This document shows, in pieces, positions 49,446-59,529 of a stretch of DNA of 64,000 bases (the first letter of the stretch is position 1; each line of letters opens with the position of its first letter). A program made the translations under genes and the position numbers. Under the pieces are notes generated by a model. It was not told the origin of the DNA. It worked only from the letters and a program-made list of their open reading frames with translations, and did no database searches. Source of the DNA: an uncultured Methanosarcinales archaeon (GTDB lineage Archaea; Nanobdellota; Nanobdellia; Woesearchaeales; CAXGTL01); NCBI GenBank assembly GCA_964535955.1, contig CAZHVK010000002.1, positions 8,122 through 72,121 on the forward strand. Direction: 5' to 3'.

Positions 49446-50570
49446 ATGGACAGAAGAATACTAAAGAAAATAGGTAGAAAGACAATTAGAGACAAGATAA
49501 AAGCATTAGAAGTAGAAATATCTACAACAAAATACAACAAAAGAACACAACACCATATTGGCTTAGTCAAAGCAAAAATCAGAAAATTAAAAGAAAAACA
49601 AGCAACAAGATCAGCTAAAAAATCTGTTCATGATAAATATGCTGTTAAAAAGACAGGCAATGCAACAGTTATATTAGTAGGATTTCCATCAGTAGGAAAA
49701 AGTACATTATTAAATGCAATAACAGATGCAAAGTCTAAAATTGCTGACTACGAATTCACAACTCTGAGTGTTATTCCTGGATTACTAAATTATAATCATG
49801 CAAAAATACAAGTTCTTGATGTTCCAGGAATTGTACAAGGTGCTGCAGATGGAACTGGCCGTGGAAAGGAAGTGCTAAGTGTAATGAGAAATGCTGATTT
49901 AGTTGTTTTCCTTATAGATATTAATTACCCCAAACATCTTAATATATTAAAAAAAGAAGTGTATGATGCACATCTTCGTGTTAATCAAATAAAACCAGAC
50001 ATTACTATCTCAAAAAAAGAAAAAGGTGGCTTAGATATTGGTTTCACAGTTAAACAAAAATATATAACAAAGCAAACAGTCGCAGGCATATTAAAAGAGT
50101 TCAGAATAAATAATGCACAAGTTGTGATTAGGGGAAAAATAACACCAGATGACATGATAGATGGAATAGAAAAAAACAAGATTTATATTCCAGGAATCAC
50201 AGTTTTAAACAAAATAGACACAGTCTCACAAGAAAGAATAACAAAAGTCAAAAAAAAATTAAAAGCAGACATTTGTATCTCAGCTGATAAAAAAACTAAT
50301 TTAAAAGAATTAAAAGAATTAATATTTCAAAGATTAAATCTGATAAGACTTTATTGTAAAGAAGTTGGAAAACCTGCTGACCTTGATGAACCAATCATCA
50401 TGAAAAAAGGCACTACTATTGAAGACTTTTGTGCAAAACTACACAGAGATTTTATAAATAAGTTCAGATTTGCAAGATTATGGGGATCGTCTAAGTTCCC
50501 TGGACAAGAATTCAAAAAACTTGGCAGAGAATTAAAAGATGGAGATATAGTTGAAATACATTTATTATAA
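49446..50570 (+). CDS. DRG/Rbg1 family GTPase with TGS domain
   Basis: GFPSVGKST, YEFTT, DVPG, NKID, TGS (LKDGDIVEIH). Confidence 0.93.
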   Translation: MDRRILKKIGRKTIRDKIKALEVEISTTKYNKRTQHHIGLVKAKIRKLKEKQATRSAKKSVHDKYAVKKTGNATVILVGFPSVGKSTLLNAITDAKSKIADYEFTTLSVIPGLLNYNHAKIQVLDVPGIVQGAADGTGRGKEVLSVMRNADLVVFLIDINYPKHLNILKKEVYDAHLRVNQIKPDITISKKEKGGLDIGFTVKQKYITKQTVAGILKEFRINNAQVVIRGKITPDDMIDGIEKNKIYIPGITVLNKIDTVSQERITKVKKKLKADICISADKKTNLKELKELIFQRLNLIRLYCKEVGKPADLDEPIIMKKGTTIEDFCAKLHRDFINKFRFARLWGSSKFPGQEFKKLGRELKDGDIVEIHLL

Positions 50571-50596
50571 AGCATTTCTACCAAACTAAACAAATC

Positions 50597-50652
50597 ATCG
50601 CCTACCTAAAGAGACAGGGGCGGGTGGCCGGGGGCATCATGAGGATGGTGGG
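50597..50652 (+). repeat. G-tract dispersed element, copy 7
   Basis: AGGGGCGGGTGGCCGGGGGCATCATGAGGATGGTGGG. Confidence 0.85.
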
Positions 50653-50697
50653 AATAATAAGAATAAGAAAGAAAAAAAACAAAAAAGGTGAAAACAT

Positions 50698-50835
50698 ATG
50701 GGAGACATAATATGCCAAAAATGTAAAAGTGTTATGATAAAAAGAGGAACAATGGATTCAGGTAATAGTAAATTCGATGTATTCAAATGCACAAACTGCA
50801 GCAATGAGAAGATGATGTGTAGAGGTATTAATTAA
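50698..50835 (+). CDS. Small zinc-ribbon protein (not in ORF track)
   Basis: MGDIICQKCKSVM...FKCTNCSNEKMMCRGIN; SD AGGTGA upstream. Confidence 0.75.
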   Translation: MGDIICQKCKSVMIKRGTMDSGNSKFDVFKCTNCSNEKMMCRGIN

Positions 50836-53078
50836 ACAACCTCATACCTAACAATAAAACAATCCTTAACATCAACAATATCCAAGAACTGATTTAATTT
50901 CTTTTTAATTTCATCAAAAGATCTTACTTTTTCTTCTTTTTCATTAAACTCAATAGATTCATACTTAATATCTTCATTATATGAATAATCCATTGGGTGC
51001 GAAACCAAAGTAGTATCGTGTGATATTGTATAGAATTCATTTGTCTTGTTAAGAACTCCTTCATTATAAAGCAAATTCAATATATTTTGAACCTTTGTAA
51101 TACCTAATCCTGTTTTATTAGTTATCATAGATTCTGTAAATGTATACATGTGAAGCCCTGTTTCTAAAACCTGTATTTCTGCAATAGAAAATTTATCAAG
51201 ATCCACAATCTTCATTGTTCTCATCTTATCAACATCTTCAATAACATTTCCACTTATTAATTCAATCAATAAATTAAAATTATGATCTTTTCTTCTACAA
51301 TTAACTAAAACAGCAGGAATCAGAAGTGTATCAATTCTTGCAACAGGATCTGAAGAAATAATTCTTAAATCTTTTTTAGATAATTTTGGTTTAATTAGTG
51401 GCAGTAATTCTTGATATTCACCAACTTTTTCAACAACATCAATCTTTGGACTATCCATTTCATTTTCTGGTTTTTTCAATCTTAACATTGGCTTTTCAAC
51501 TTTCTCATCATCACCTTGAAATTCATCTAAAGTAAGATACTTTTCAGCCTTAACTTCTTTAACAAGATCTTCAGGAGTTTCTTCAATCATGATTATTTCT
51601 TCTTCATCTTCAACCAAACCTTCATCTTCAATCTCTTCAACCTCTTCAACAACTTCTTCTAACAAAACCTTTGGTTCTGGTTGATCTCTAACAATTTCAA
51701 TTGAAGTTCCTCCATGTTTACTTTTTCTAGGACGAATATTAACAAATAATGGCATTTCTAAAAAACCAGTTACCATTGCAACACCGACTGGCAAATTCTT
51801 AATATCTTCATCAGCATTATAAGTTAAACCTTCAGCAGATGTTGTTATGGCTTTAAGATCGTTAGGATTTGTCACTTTAAGAATAATCTGTGTATTACAT
51901 TGTGATAAAACGTTTTTCTCAATTAATGCCGGCCGCTGTGAAACAACACACAAACCTAATCCAAACTTTCTACCTTCAGAAGCAATTGTTCGAATTATTT
52001 GAGAAGACTTTGCTTCACCAATATGTTTTTCAGGAATGAAATTATGAGCCTCTTCAAGAACACAGAAAAAAGGACTAATCTTGTTTTGTTTTCGTAGTTG
52101 AAATAAATCTTTTAATAATTTATAAACAATAATCTGTTGGATCTGAGGCTCTATTCCTTTTAGATTAATAATTGAAGCTTTACCAACAGAAACAATTTCA
52201 TTATAATCAGTAGGGAATAATGAAAATAAATCAGTTTTTTTCAAATAATCAAGCACAGACAATATCATAAACTTAGCATTATTATCAACAAATCTTAATT
52301 TCTCTGTTAAATTTTCAAAATTAACAAGATCTAAGTCCTGTACAGCAGAATATAAAACAGCTTGTTGTGTTGAAGTCAATCTCGGAAAAAGATTGATTAA
52401 TTCTTGTGGTGTAAAACTATCATTGAGTTTTAATGGTTTAAATTTATCATCAATATTAATATCACCATACTCTTGAACCTGTGTTGCATAACTTTTGGCA
52501 TCTATATTAAATTGATTTATTTTTTCTAATTCAAAAGGGTTAGTATTTCTTTCATTTAAAGAACCATACTCACCATGTGGATCAATTATTAATAAAGGAA
52601 TTCCTTTATCCAACATCTCTTCTATCAAAACACCAACAGTATAACTTTTTCCAGCACCTGTTTTTGCTAAGATAGCAACATGTTTTGTAACTAACTTATT
52701 AATATCCAAATGAACAGAAGAATTTCTATATTCTAAATTACCAATATATGCACCTTTCCCAATATTATATTTAAGAATCTCATTAATAAATTCATCTTCA
52801 GCAATCAAAACTTCTGTTTCAGGTATAAAAGGTGTTCTAATTGCTCTAATTGTATCAGTTGATTTATCTCTATAACCAATTATATTACACTTTGCAAGTG
52901 TTTTCTCAATATCCTTTATTAATTTTATGATTTGACAAAGAACAAAACCATAATCCTTATGATAAACTTGTAAGAACTCATGTTTTTTAGCTTTTCCTTC
53001 CATTAATCTATCTACTATGAATTCAAATTCATGTGTAGTTGTTTTTCCAATAATTTTGCCTAATATTAATCTAATCAC
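50832..53078 (-). CDS. HerA-like (DUF87) ATPase with acidic linker and C-terminal extension
   Basis: HAS-barrel-like N-terminus, AKTGAGKS, LEEAHNF, EGRKFGLGLCVVSQRP. Confidence 0.9.
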   Translation of the reverse strand: MIRLILGKIIGKTTTHEFEFIVDRLMEGKAKKHEFLQVYHKDYGFVLCQIIKLIKDIEKTLAKCNIIGYRDKSTDTIRAIRTPFIPETEVLIAEDEFINEILKYNIGKGAYIGNLEYRNSSVHLDINKLVTKHVAILAKTGAGKSYTVGVLIEEMLDKGIPLLIIDPHGEYGSLNERNTNPFELEKINQFNIDAKSYATQVQEYGDINIDDKFKPLKLNDSFTPQELINLFPRLTSTQQAVLYSAVQDLDLVNFENLTEKLRFVDNNAKFMILSVLDYLKKTDLFSLFPTDYNEIVSVGKASIINLKGIEPQIQQIIVYKLLKDLFQLRKQNKISPFFCVLEEAHNFIPEKHIGEAKSSQIIRTIASEGRKFGLGLCVVSQRPALIEKNVLSQCNTQIILKVTNPNDLKAITTSAEGLTYNADEDIKNLPVGVAMVTGFLEMPLFVNIRPRKSKHGGTSIEIVRDQPEPKVLLEEVVEEVEEIEDEGLVEDEEEIIMIEETPEDLVKEVKAEKYLTLDEFQGDDEKVEKPMLRLKKPENEMDSPKIDVVEKVGEYQELLPLIKPKLSKKDLRIISSDPVARIDTLLIPAVLVNCRRKDHNFNLLIELISGNVIEDVDKMRTMKIVDLDKFSIAEIQVLETGLHMYTFTESMITNKTGLGITKVQNILNLLYNEGVLNKTNEFYTISHDTTLVSHPMDYSYNEDIKYESIEFNEKEEKVRSFDEIKKKLNQFLDIVDVKDCFIVRYEVV

Positions 53079-53248
53079 CCTAGTTTTAATTGTATTTATA
53101 TATATGAGAGAATCATTTATTTATTAAGATAATTGTAGAGCAATATATTGAGTTGAATGTGTATTTTAGAGGATATAATTGGAAAATAAAAAATAAAATG
53201 TAAAAATAGAAGAATAAAAAAGGAAAACAAATAAAAAATAAAAAAAAA

Positions 53249-53629
53249 TTAAACAAACAATGCATAAAGCACCCAAATAATCAATCCAAGCCATATGATT
53301 ATTCCTAACCATGCTCTTTTCATTAAATCTTTTTTAAAGAATATGTCTGCAACTTTTACTAATTCTTTTGAAAATGGTGCAATTGTTGCCATCATTATAA
53401 ATCCTAAGAACAGCATTGCTGCAAATACTTGCACAATAGTTAGTTCTACACGTAAATAATACCAACTAACACATGCTAATATTAGCCCAAGAATTGTCAT
53501 CATCATAGGATTTGACCAAGTTCCTTTTACAACTTTATCATACCAGATTCTAGGATTCACTCCTGCTACAATTAATTTAATAAGAGAAACTAATGCAATA
53601 ATCAAAGCCATTATTTCAACTGGTGTCAT
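53249..53629 (-). CDS. Hypothetical membrane protein (~4 TM)
   Basis: Hydrophobic ORF with SD GGAGGTGA. Confidence 0.75.
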   Translation of the reverse strand: MTPVEIMALIIALVSLIKLIVAGVNPRIWYDKVVKGTWSNPMMMTILGLILACVSWYYLRVELTIVQVFAAMLFLGFIMMATIAPFSKELVKVADIFFKKDLMKRAWLGIIIWLGLIIWVLYALFV

Positions 53630-53784
53630 TTTTTCACCTCCTTTAGATTTTTATAACTTAATAATATCTATATCATCTAAATATTTAATAGTATATAAAA
53701 TCTATTATTTTATCACAAATATTTATAAACAAAACATGTTTATCAAACAATATAAAATAAGATAAAATAATATAGGTGGAACAT

Positions 53785-54024
53785 ATGGCAAAAAAACAAC
53801 AATCTTCAAAAGACGAACAAATAGGTTTTCATAAAGGTGCATTAGCAACTTTAGTAAAAGAAAGAGAAGAAATGATTAAAATATTACAAATAGTTGAACA
53901 ACTAATGCAGATGCATGTAAAAGGATTAAAAGATTTAGGTGTTGATTTAGAAGCAGCAGCTAAACAAGCACAAAAGTCAGGAAAATCTAAACCAAAAGCA
54001 GGAAAAATAGAAGATATATTATAA
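53785..54024 (+). CDS. Small hypothetical protein
   Basis: SD AGGTGG; EQIGFHKGALATLVKER. Confidence 0.75.
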   Translation: MAKKQQSSKDEQIGFHKGALATLVKEREEMIKILQIVEQLMQMHVKGLKDLGVDLEAAAKQAQKSGKSKPKAGKIEDIL

Positions 54025-54074
54025 TAAAAGAATTATATTAAATATAAAAGAAAATTACAATATTAATCATCATA

Positions 54075-54461
54075 ATGAAGTACATCTTTACATGCACAGG
54101 TCATCAAAACATTCTAGCTACACATAAAACTACTTTGGAGTTTACTAAAGATAATTTCTTAACCAAGAAAGGTGATTGCATTGTTGGCATCAATGCTGAC
54201 TTTGATTTAGAAAAGATAAAAGAATTCTTAAAATTTGATAAGATAAAGATTATAATCAAAGTAGATGATTTAGAAGAAACAATAACATGCACACCAAACA
54301 AAGACTTTGACGATGACAAAGAAATAGTCATAAGACTGGGTGAACATAATTCTAAAAGAACATTAGGAATAGGTGCTGATAAAGCTGCTGTTCATTTGAA
54401 TAGGGAATTGGTTGAAAAGATAAAAACAAAACAACAAAAATTAGAAATCACAATAACATAA
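54075..54461 (+). CDS. DUF371 family protein
   Basis: GHQNILATHKTTLEFTKD...GDCIVGINAD. Confidence 0.9.
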   Translation: MKYIFTCTGHQNILATHKTTLEFTKDNFLTKKGDCIVGINADFDLEKIKEFLKFDKIKIIIKVDDLEETITCTPNKDFDDDKEIVIRLGEHNSKRTLGIGADKAAVHLNRELVEKIKTKQQKLEITIT

Positions 54462-55734
54462 TACTAGCCAAACCTAAAAACACAAAAAAACCACACACAT
54501 CAGTCGCAGTTGTAACAAACACAGATGCAGATGATGCAGGATCCTTACCCAATGATTTCATTATCAAAGGAACAATTGCTCCAAACAATCCAGCAATAAA
54601 CAGATTAGCAACCATTGACAAACCAATCACCAATCCAAACATAGGATTCTTATTAAACACAGTAGAAATCAAAGCAACTATTATACCAATCAAAATACCA
54701 TTAATAATACCAGCTAAAATCTCATTAAACAAAACCCTTTTACAAGTTTTTAATTCAACTTCTTTTAATGTTAAACCACGAATCATTACAGCAGAAGTTT
54801 GTGTTCCAGCATTTCCACCCATTCCAGCAACTATTGGCATGTAAACAGCTAACAAAACTAATGCATTAATTGTACTCTGAAATAAACCAACAACAGCAGC
54901 AGCCAGAAACGCTGTTCCTAAGTTAATAACCAACCAACCAAACCGATTCTTAACTTTGACTGCAAAACTATCTAAAACATCTTCTTGTTCTCTAACACCT
55001 GCGAAATCATACAAAGTGCTTGTAGAATTTTCATGTAAAATTCTTAACACATCATCAGAATAAATAATACCCAATATACTATCATCATCATCTAATACAA
55101 CTATTTTATTATGAGGATGTTTTTTAAACATATTCAAGACATCTTTTTGATTAGAATTATATTTAACTGTTGCAACTCTTTTAACATGTTTACTAACTTT
55201 TTCTCTTCCTGTGTGTAAAGCAAATTTATGTCCTATCACTTCACCAATTAAAAATCCATCATCAACAACAAGAATAGCAGGAAACTTGCCTGTTTGTTTT
55301 TCATGTTTTTTAATTAATCTTGAAACATGTTTAAAAACATGCTTTTTATTAACCTCAATATAATCCAAACTCATCAAACCAGCAGCACTTTTAGGATCAA
55401 ATTTAAGCAAGAATTCTACTTTTTCTTTAGCTTCTATTTTTAATTTTTTTATTATTCTTTTTCTTCTACCATTATCCAAGTAATGTAATAAATCTACTGC
55501 TTTATCAGGATCTAAGTAATGTAACAAAGTTACTATTTCTTTATTTTTTAATTCATCAAGAATCTTTTTTTTATATTTCTTAGACAATCTTAGTAAAACA
55601 AAACCCTGCTTATTAATATCAATACTTCTAAAAAATTCAGCCTTATCTTTAGAAATACGCAACTTATACAGAAAATCATCAAGATTATGATGATTATGCC
55701 TCTCTTTTTTAGTCATATTATGTATTAATATCAA
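54448..55734 (-). CDS. mgtE: Magnesium transporter MgtE
   Basis: CBS pair, GMGGNAGTQT, DPASASSVFVTTATD. Confidence 0.93.
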   Translation of the reverse strand: MILIHNMTKKERHNHHNLDDFLYKLRISKDKAEFFRSIDINKQGFVLLRLSKKYKKKILDELKNKEIVTLLHYLDPDKAVDLLHYLDNGRRKRIIKKLKIEAKEKVEFLLKFDPKSAAGLMSLDYIEVNKKHVFKHVSRLIKKHEKQTGKFPAILVVDDGFLIGEVIGHKFALHTGREKVSKHVKRVATVKYNSNQKDVLNMFKKHPHNKIVVLDDDDSILGIIYSDDVLRILHENSTSTLYDFAGVREQEDVLDSFAVKVKNRFGWLVINLGTAFLAAAVVGLFQSTINALVLLAVYMPIVAGMGGNAGTQTSAVMIRGLTLKEVELKTCKRVLFNEILAGIINGILIGIIVALISTVFNKNPMFGLVIGLSMVANLFIAGLFGAIVPLIMKSLGKDPASSASVFVTTATDVCGFFVFLGLASIMLL

Positions 55735-55749
55735 GTATATTTATTAATT

Positions 55750-56454
55750 TTACCTTTTTTTAACCTTATTAATAACTTTCCTCAAAAAACCCATAACAAC
55801 AAAAGCTTCTCTTCTTGTTAAAAAAGCTTTATTAAAAACACGTTTCCAAACCAACTTTTGTGTATCTTTTTTTTCTTTGGTTGAAAACTCTAAACAATTA
55901 AGAATTTTATTCAACATTTTCATTATCTGTTTTTTATCAATATTTAGTGCAGGATTAATTCTATCTAACTTAGTTTCTTTACTACTTTTCTTAAATAGTT
56001 CATACAAAATAACACCAACAGAATGACTTAGATTCAAAGTAGGATATTTTTTAGATGAAGGTATTGTTACAATCAAATCACATTTCATTATTTCTTCATT
56101 TGTTAGACCTATTCCTTCTCTGCCAAATAATAAGCCAACTGAGACTTTATTTGGTAACTTCATCAACTTATGTGCTAATTGTTCAGGTAATAATGGTAAT
56201 CTATTAACATTATAATCACTTCCAAGTTTTGCAGTTGTACCAATAACATAATCAAATTTAGGTATTTTCTTTACCAATTTAGCTTTGCGCAATACATCTT
56301 GTGCATGCTTAGCCCTATTCTTAACTTCTTCTGATTTATGATCACACCTAGGATTAACCAACACTAATTTATCAAAATCAAAATTCTTCATAATCCTGCA
56401 TATAGCTCCAATATTTCCTGAAATCTCAGGCTCTATTAACACAATTGATATCAT
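55750..56454 (-). CDS. trmJ: SPOUT tRNA methyltransferase (TrmJ-like)
   Basis: GNIGAICRIMKNF, FGREGIGL, YPTLNLSHSV. Confidence 0.88.
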   Translation of the reverse strand: MISIVLIEPEISGNIGAICRIMKNFDFDKLVLVNPRCDHKSEEVKNRAKHAQDVLRKAKLVKKIPKFDYVIGTTAKLGSDYNVNRLPLLPEQLAHKLMKLPNKVSVGLLFGREGIGLTNEEIMKCDLIVTIPSSKKYPTLNLSHSVGVILYELFKKSSKETKLDRINPALNIDKKQIMKMLNKILNCLEFSTKEKKDTQKLVWKRVFNKAFLTRREAFVVMGFLRKVINKVKKR

Positions 56455-56697
56455 AAATAAGATTAGGTAGAAAGTAATTTAAAAATGTATTGTAAGAAAA
56501 AACAGAATCAAAAAGATATAAAAAAAGATGATCTCACATCATCATACTAGAATCTTTTAATTTAGATCTGAATTCTTTTTCATGTTTTATTGTTTTATAA
56601 TCTTTTTCTTCAAATAAGTCATTAAAAGACTTCACTGTTATTCTTTGTTTTATGTTTCTCACCCTTATATTTAGTTTTAAGTTAATTCATAAAAGTC

Positions 56698-56895
56698 TTA
56701 ATGTTTAGCATGAAATAGGATTTTTCCATTATCTTTAATTTCTACATATTTTCCTTTAGAAGGCTCTGATGAAGATTCAAATGTCTCTTCAGCACTATGA
56801 TAATCAAAATGTCTTTCTGCAATAGAATCTAAAGCTTCATATTCACTCTTAACTAATTCATTACCACAAAAATCAACAACATCTTTATCCTTCAT
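56698..56895 (-). pseudogene. Short ORF, possibly a truncated remnant of a larger protein
   Basis: SD GAGGTG before MKDKDVVDFCGNELVKSEYEAL...; ends after 65 aa with coding-like sequence downstream in other frames. Confidence 0.35.
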
Positions 56896-57111
56896 ATTAA
56901 TAACACCTCATATTTGTAAGGAAGCACCCCAAGAGCTTATAGAAATTATAAAGTCATTAGTGGGGGGATTTTATAATCATGATTACCCTTGGGCTCCCTA
57001 TAAGACTAAGATAACAATACTAGTATTTAAACCTTTCGCTTATTTCATTACTCTAAAGTGACTAATTATTCATAGAAACCTTTATAAATATAGATTTTTA
57101 TATATAAAATC

Positions 57112-57282
57112 ATGAAAGAAAAAAAAGAAAAAACAAGTAAAGTAAAATTCAGATGTAGTAAATGTAAATATGTATTTGAGCCTTGGAAAAAAGGAAGGAC
57201 AAAGCCATTCAACAGATGCCCATACTGTGGCACAGAAGGCAGTGTAACTGAAAAAAAGCATATTTTAGAAGAATTATACTAA
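57112..57282 (+). CDS. Small zinc-ribbon protein (not in ORF track)
   Basis: FRCSKCKYVF...RCPYCG. Confidence 0.75.
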   Translation: MKEKKEKTSKVKFRCSKCKYVFEPWKKGRTKPFNRCPYCGTEGSVTEKKHILEELY

Positions 57283-57304
57283 GACAGTACTAAACTCACA
57301 AGAA

Positions 57305-57844
57305 CTAGTTCTGATTCTTGACACTCAATATACGCTGTGAATTCTTAAGTTTAACACTAACCTTATCCTGTCTTTCTAGATCTTTTAAATATCTATAAAA
57401 TGAGGTTTTACCACATAATCCTTGCTGTTCTACAATAAGGGTATAGAGCTCATAAGCACTGAATTCTCTAGTTTCAAGCAGTACCAATATCTTATTCTTA
57501 ACAATAGCAGCCTTGTTCTGCTGAAACTGTTTGACTAATCTAAGCTCTACAGGGACCCGTTCATTTCCTTTGGAACTAGTTCCATTGGAACTCAAGGGGT
57601 GCCTGGTTAACAATCTATCCAACTTATCAATTAAAATACTCATCTTTCTACTGTTTTCTCTAGCAATTTCGCTCAAATTAGCTTGATTTTGTTTTAAAAA
57701 ATCAATTTCAGACTTAATTTTGCCAATAGAAGCACCTAATTTGACAATAACAACATTATTAGAAGAAATTTCCTTTTTTGACTTATCAAAAGCCTTTTTC
57801 ACCGCTTTTTCAAAGCTTAATTCAGTTCTCATCAGTTCCCCCAT
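57305..57844 (-). CDS. Coiled-coil + C-terminal winged-helix protein
   Basis: N-terminal heptads; C-terminal ILVLL...SAYEL...GKTSFYRYLKDLE wHTH pattern. Confidence 0.7.
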   Translation of the reverse strand: MGELMRTELSFEKAVKKAFDKSKKEISSNNVVIVKLGASIGKIKSEIDFLKQNQANLSEIARENSRKMSILIDKLDRLLTRHPLSSNGTSSKGNERVPVELRLVKQFQQNKAAIVKNKILVLLETREFSAYELYTLIVEQQGLCGKTSFYRYLKDLERQDKVSVKLKNSQRILSVKNQN

Positions 57845-57917
57845 ACATTATCAAAAGAAACTAGTTCTTAATAAAGATTTTGTGAGTATAAACAAAGAGT
57901 AAAAAAAGAATAAAAAA

Positions 57918-59528
57918 TTAAGGTATACGCATACAATGCAAACCTCTATGATAAAGCTCTGATATCAATTCAGTCAAGACATGTGCATCTTTTTTTGCAT
58001 TAAGATTACCTTCATCAATACTCTTCATAAATTCACCTAATGCAACTTCTTTACTCAACATATGTGCAATATATCTCTTTGATATTCTACCATCTTTTGC
58101 ATCATAAGATTTTTTAAAATCATCATGATCTATATTAACATGAATTAAACCCATACGATGATCAAGCTTACTTCTTAAATGTTGATCTTCAACATCAAAA
58201 CCAACAAAATTAGGAGTATAAAAACCTGAAATTATTTTTCTTGCTCTTCTTACATGAGTTTCCTTACCATCAGGATCAGGAGTCACAGTACTTCTTCCTT
58301 CTTCTTTAGGTTTTTTAGTCCTAGTACCACCAACACGGGTACTACCTTTAGCACCTTCACCATCCTTAACTTTTTCCTTAGGATCTCCTCTTCTTCCACG
58401 AACAAGCGCAGGATTTTTATCAAGCAAATCTCTAAAAACAGCATCAATTGATCTTAAAAAATCATCAGCAAACTTATATGTTTGATCTTTCTTTGGATCT
58501 ATTTTCAATCTATTTACTTCATCACCAAGATATTCTTCTTGATCAGTCAATATTTCAACAAGTTTTGAATATCTTCCTTGTTCATCATTTCTCTTTGGAG
58601 CAGTTCTTGAAGGAATAAGTTTAACAAAATTTTCATCTACTTCTCCTATTAATTTACCACTTCCCCAAGGATGAACACCTAATTCATCTAAATCAACTAT
58701 ATCATCTAAAACCAATACACCTTTATTATAATAACCAACCTTGTCTCCTGTTCCCTTTGGATTAACAAATAAATATAATTCAACTTCACCCTTAATAGTA
58801 TGTTTCCTAGTTTTTATTTCAACAGGAAACACATCATCAAGCACTTTTACAACTCCTGAATTCTTAGTATAATCAACAGGATCTATTGGAATTTTTTTTT
58901 GATTTCTTCCTAAATAACCAACCTTTACACTAATTATGCCTTTTCTTAGTAAAGGTGAAAAAGTTGTACTAATTATTTCCTTTATTGAACCAGGTGTAAA
59001 ATATTTTTCAATCTTATCAACAGGAATTCCTGTTAATTCAACAATAGTTCCATGACCAAAATTAGGCAATGCTCTAAGCATAGGAACATCTTTTGGCTTG
59101 ATTATGTCACGAAATGCACCAGCTTTCAAATCAGCATTCATTCTTAAATAATTAAAATCATCACTCTTAGAATCATATCTTCTTGAATAAACAATACATT
59201 GTGTTGCAAAACAAGATGGAAAACCCATCATTCCAAATGCTTTTTCACCAATAGCAGACTGGACTCCTCTTTTCAATGATTCACCAACTTCAAATGGAAT
59301 CATTTTAAGAGTTTTATAAGTTATTCCTGATCCATTATCAACAAAAATTATTTTATTATTTGTTTTACTAACCAAAATACCTAAGTTCAAAGCCTCATTT
59401 TCTAATCTATTATCAATAGCATTTGAAGCAAATTCTTTGAATCCATATTTAGGACTAGGATACATTTGTTGAATTTCTCCAATCATAAAAAGATCATTTC
59501 CAATCCTATAAGGTATTTTTTCTCCCAT
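57918..59528 (-). CDS. GHKL (MORC/MutL/Hsp90-like) ATPase
   Basis: Bergerat motifs KEFASNAID, VDNGSGI, GEKAFG, GHGTIV; start MGEKI with SD GGAGGAG. Confidence 0.85.
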   Translation of the reverse strand: MGEKIPYRIGNDLFMIGEIQQMYPSPKYGFKEFASNAIDNRLENEALNLGILVSKTNNKIIFVDNGSGITYKTLKMIPFEVGESLKRGVQSAIGEKAFGMMGFPSCFATQCIVYSRRYDSKSDDFNYLRMNADLKAGAFRDIIKPKDVPMLRALPNFGHGTIVELTGIPVDKIEKYFTPGSIKEIISTTFSPLLRKGIISVKVGYLGRNQKKIPIDPVDYTKNSGVVKVLDDVFPVEIKTRKHTIKGEVELYLFVNPKGTGDKVGYYNKGVLVLDDIVDLDELGVHPWGSGKLIGEVDENFVKLIPSRTAPKRNDEQGRYSKLVEILTDQEEYLGDEVNRLKIDPKKDQTYKFADDFLRSIDAVFRDLLDKNPALVRGRRGDPKEKVKDGEGAKGSTRVGGTRTKKPKEEGRSTVTPDPDGKETHVRRARKIISGFYTPNFVGFDVEDQHLRSKLDHRMGLIHVNIDHDDFKKSYDAKDGRISKRYIAHMLSKEVALGEFMKSIDEGNLNAKKDAHVLTELISELYHRGLHCMRIP

Positions 59529-59529
59529 T

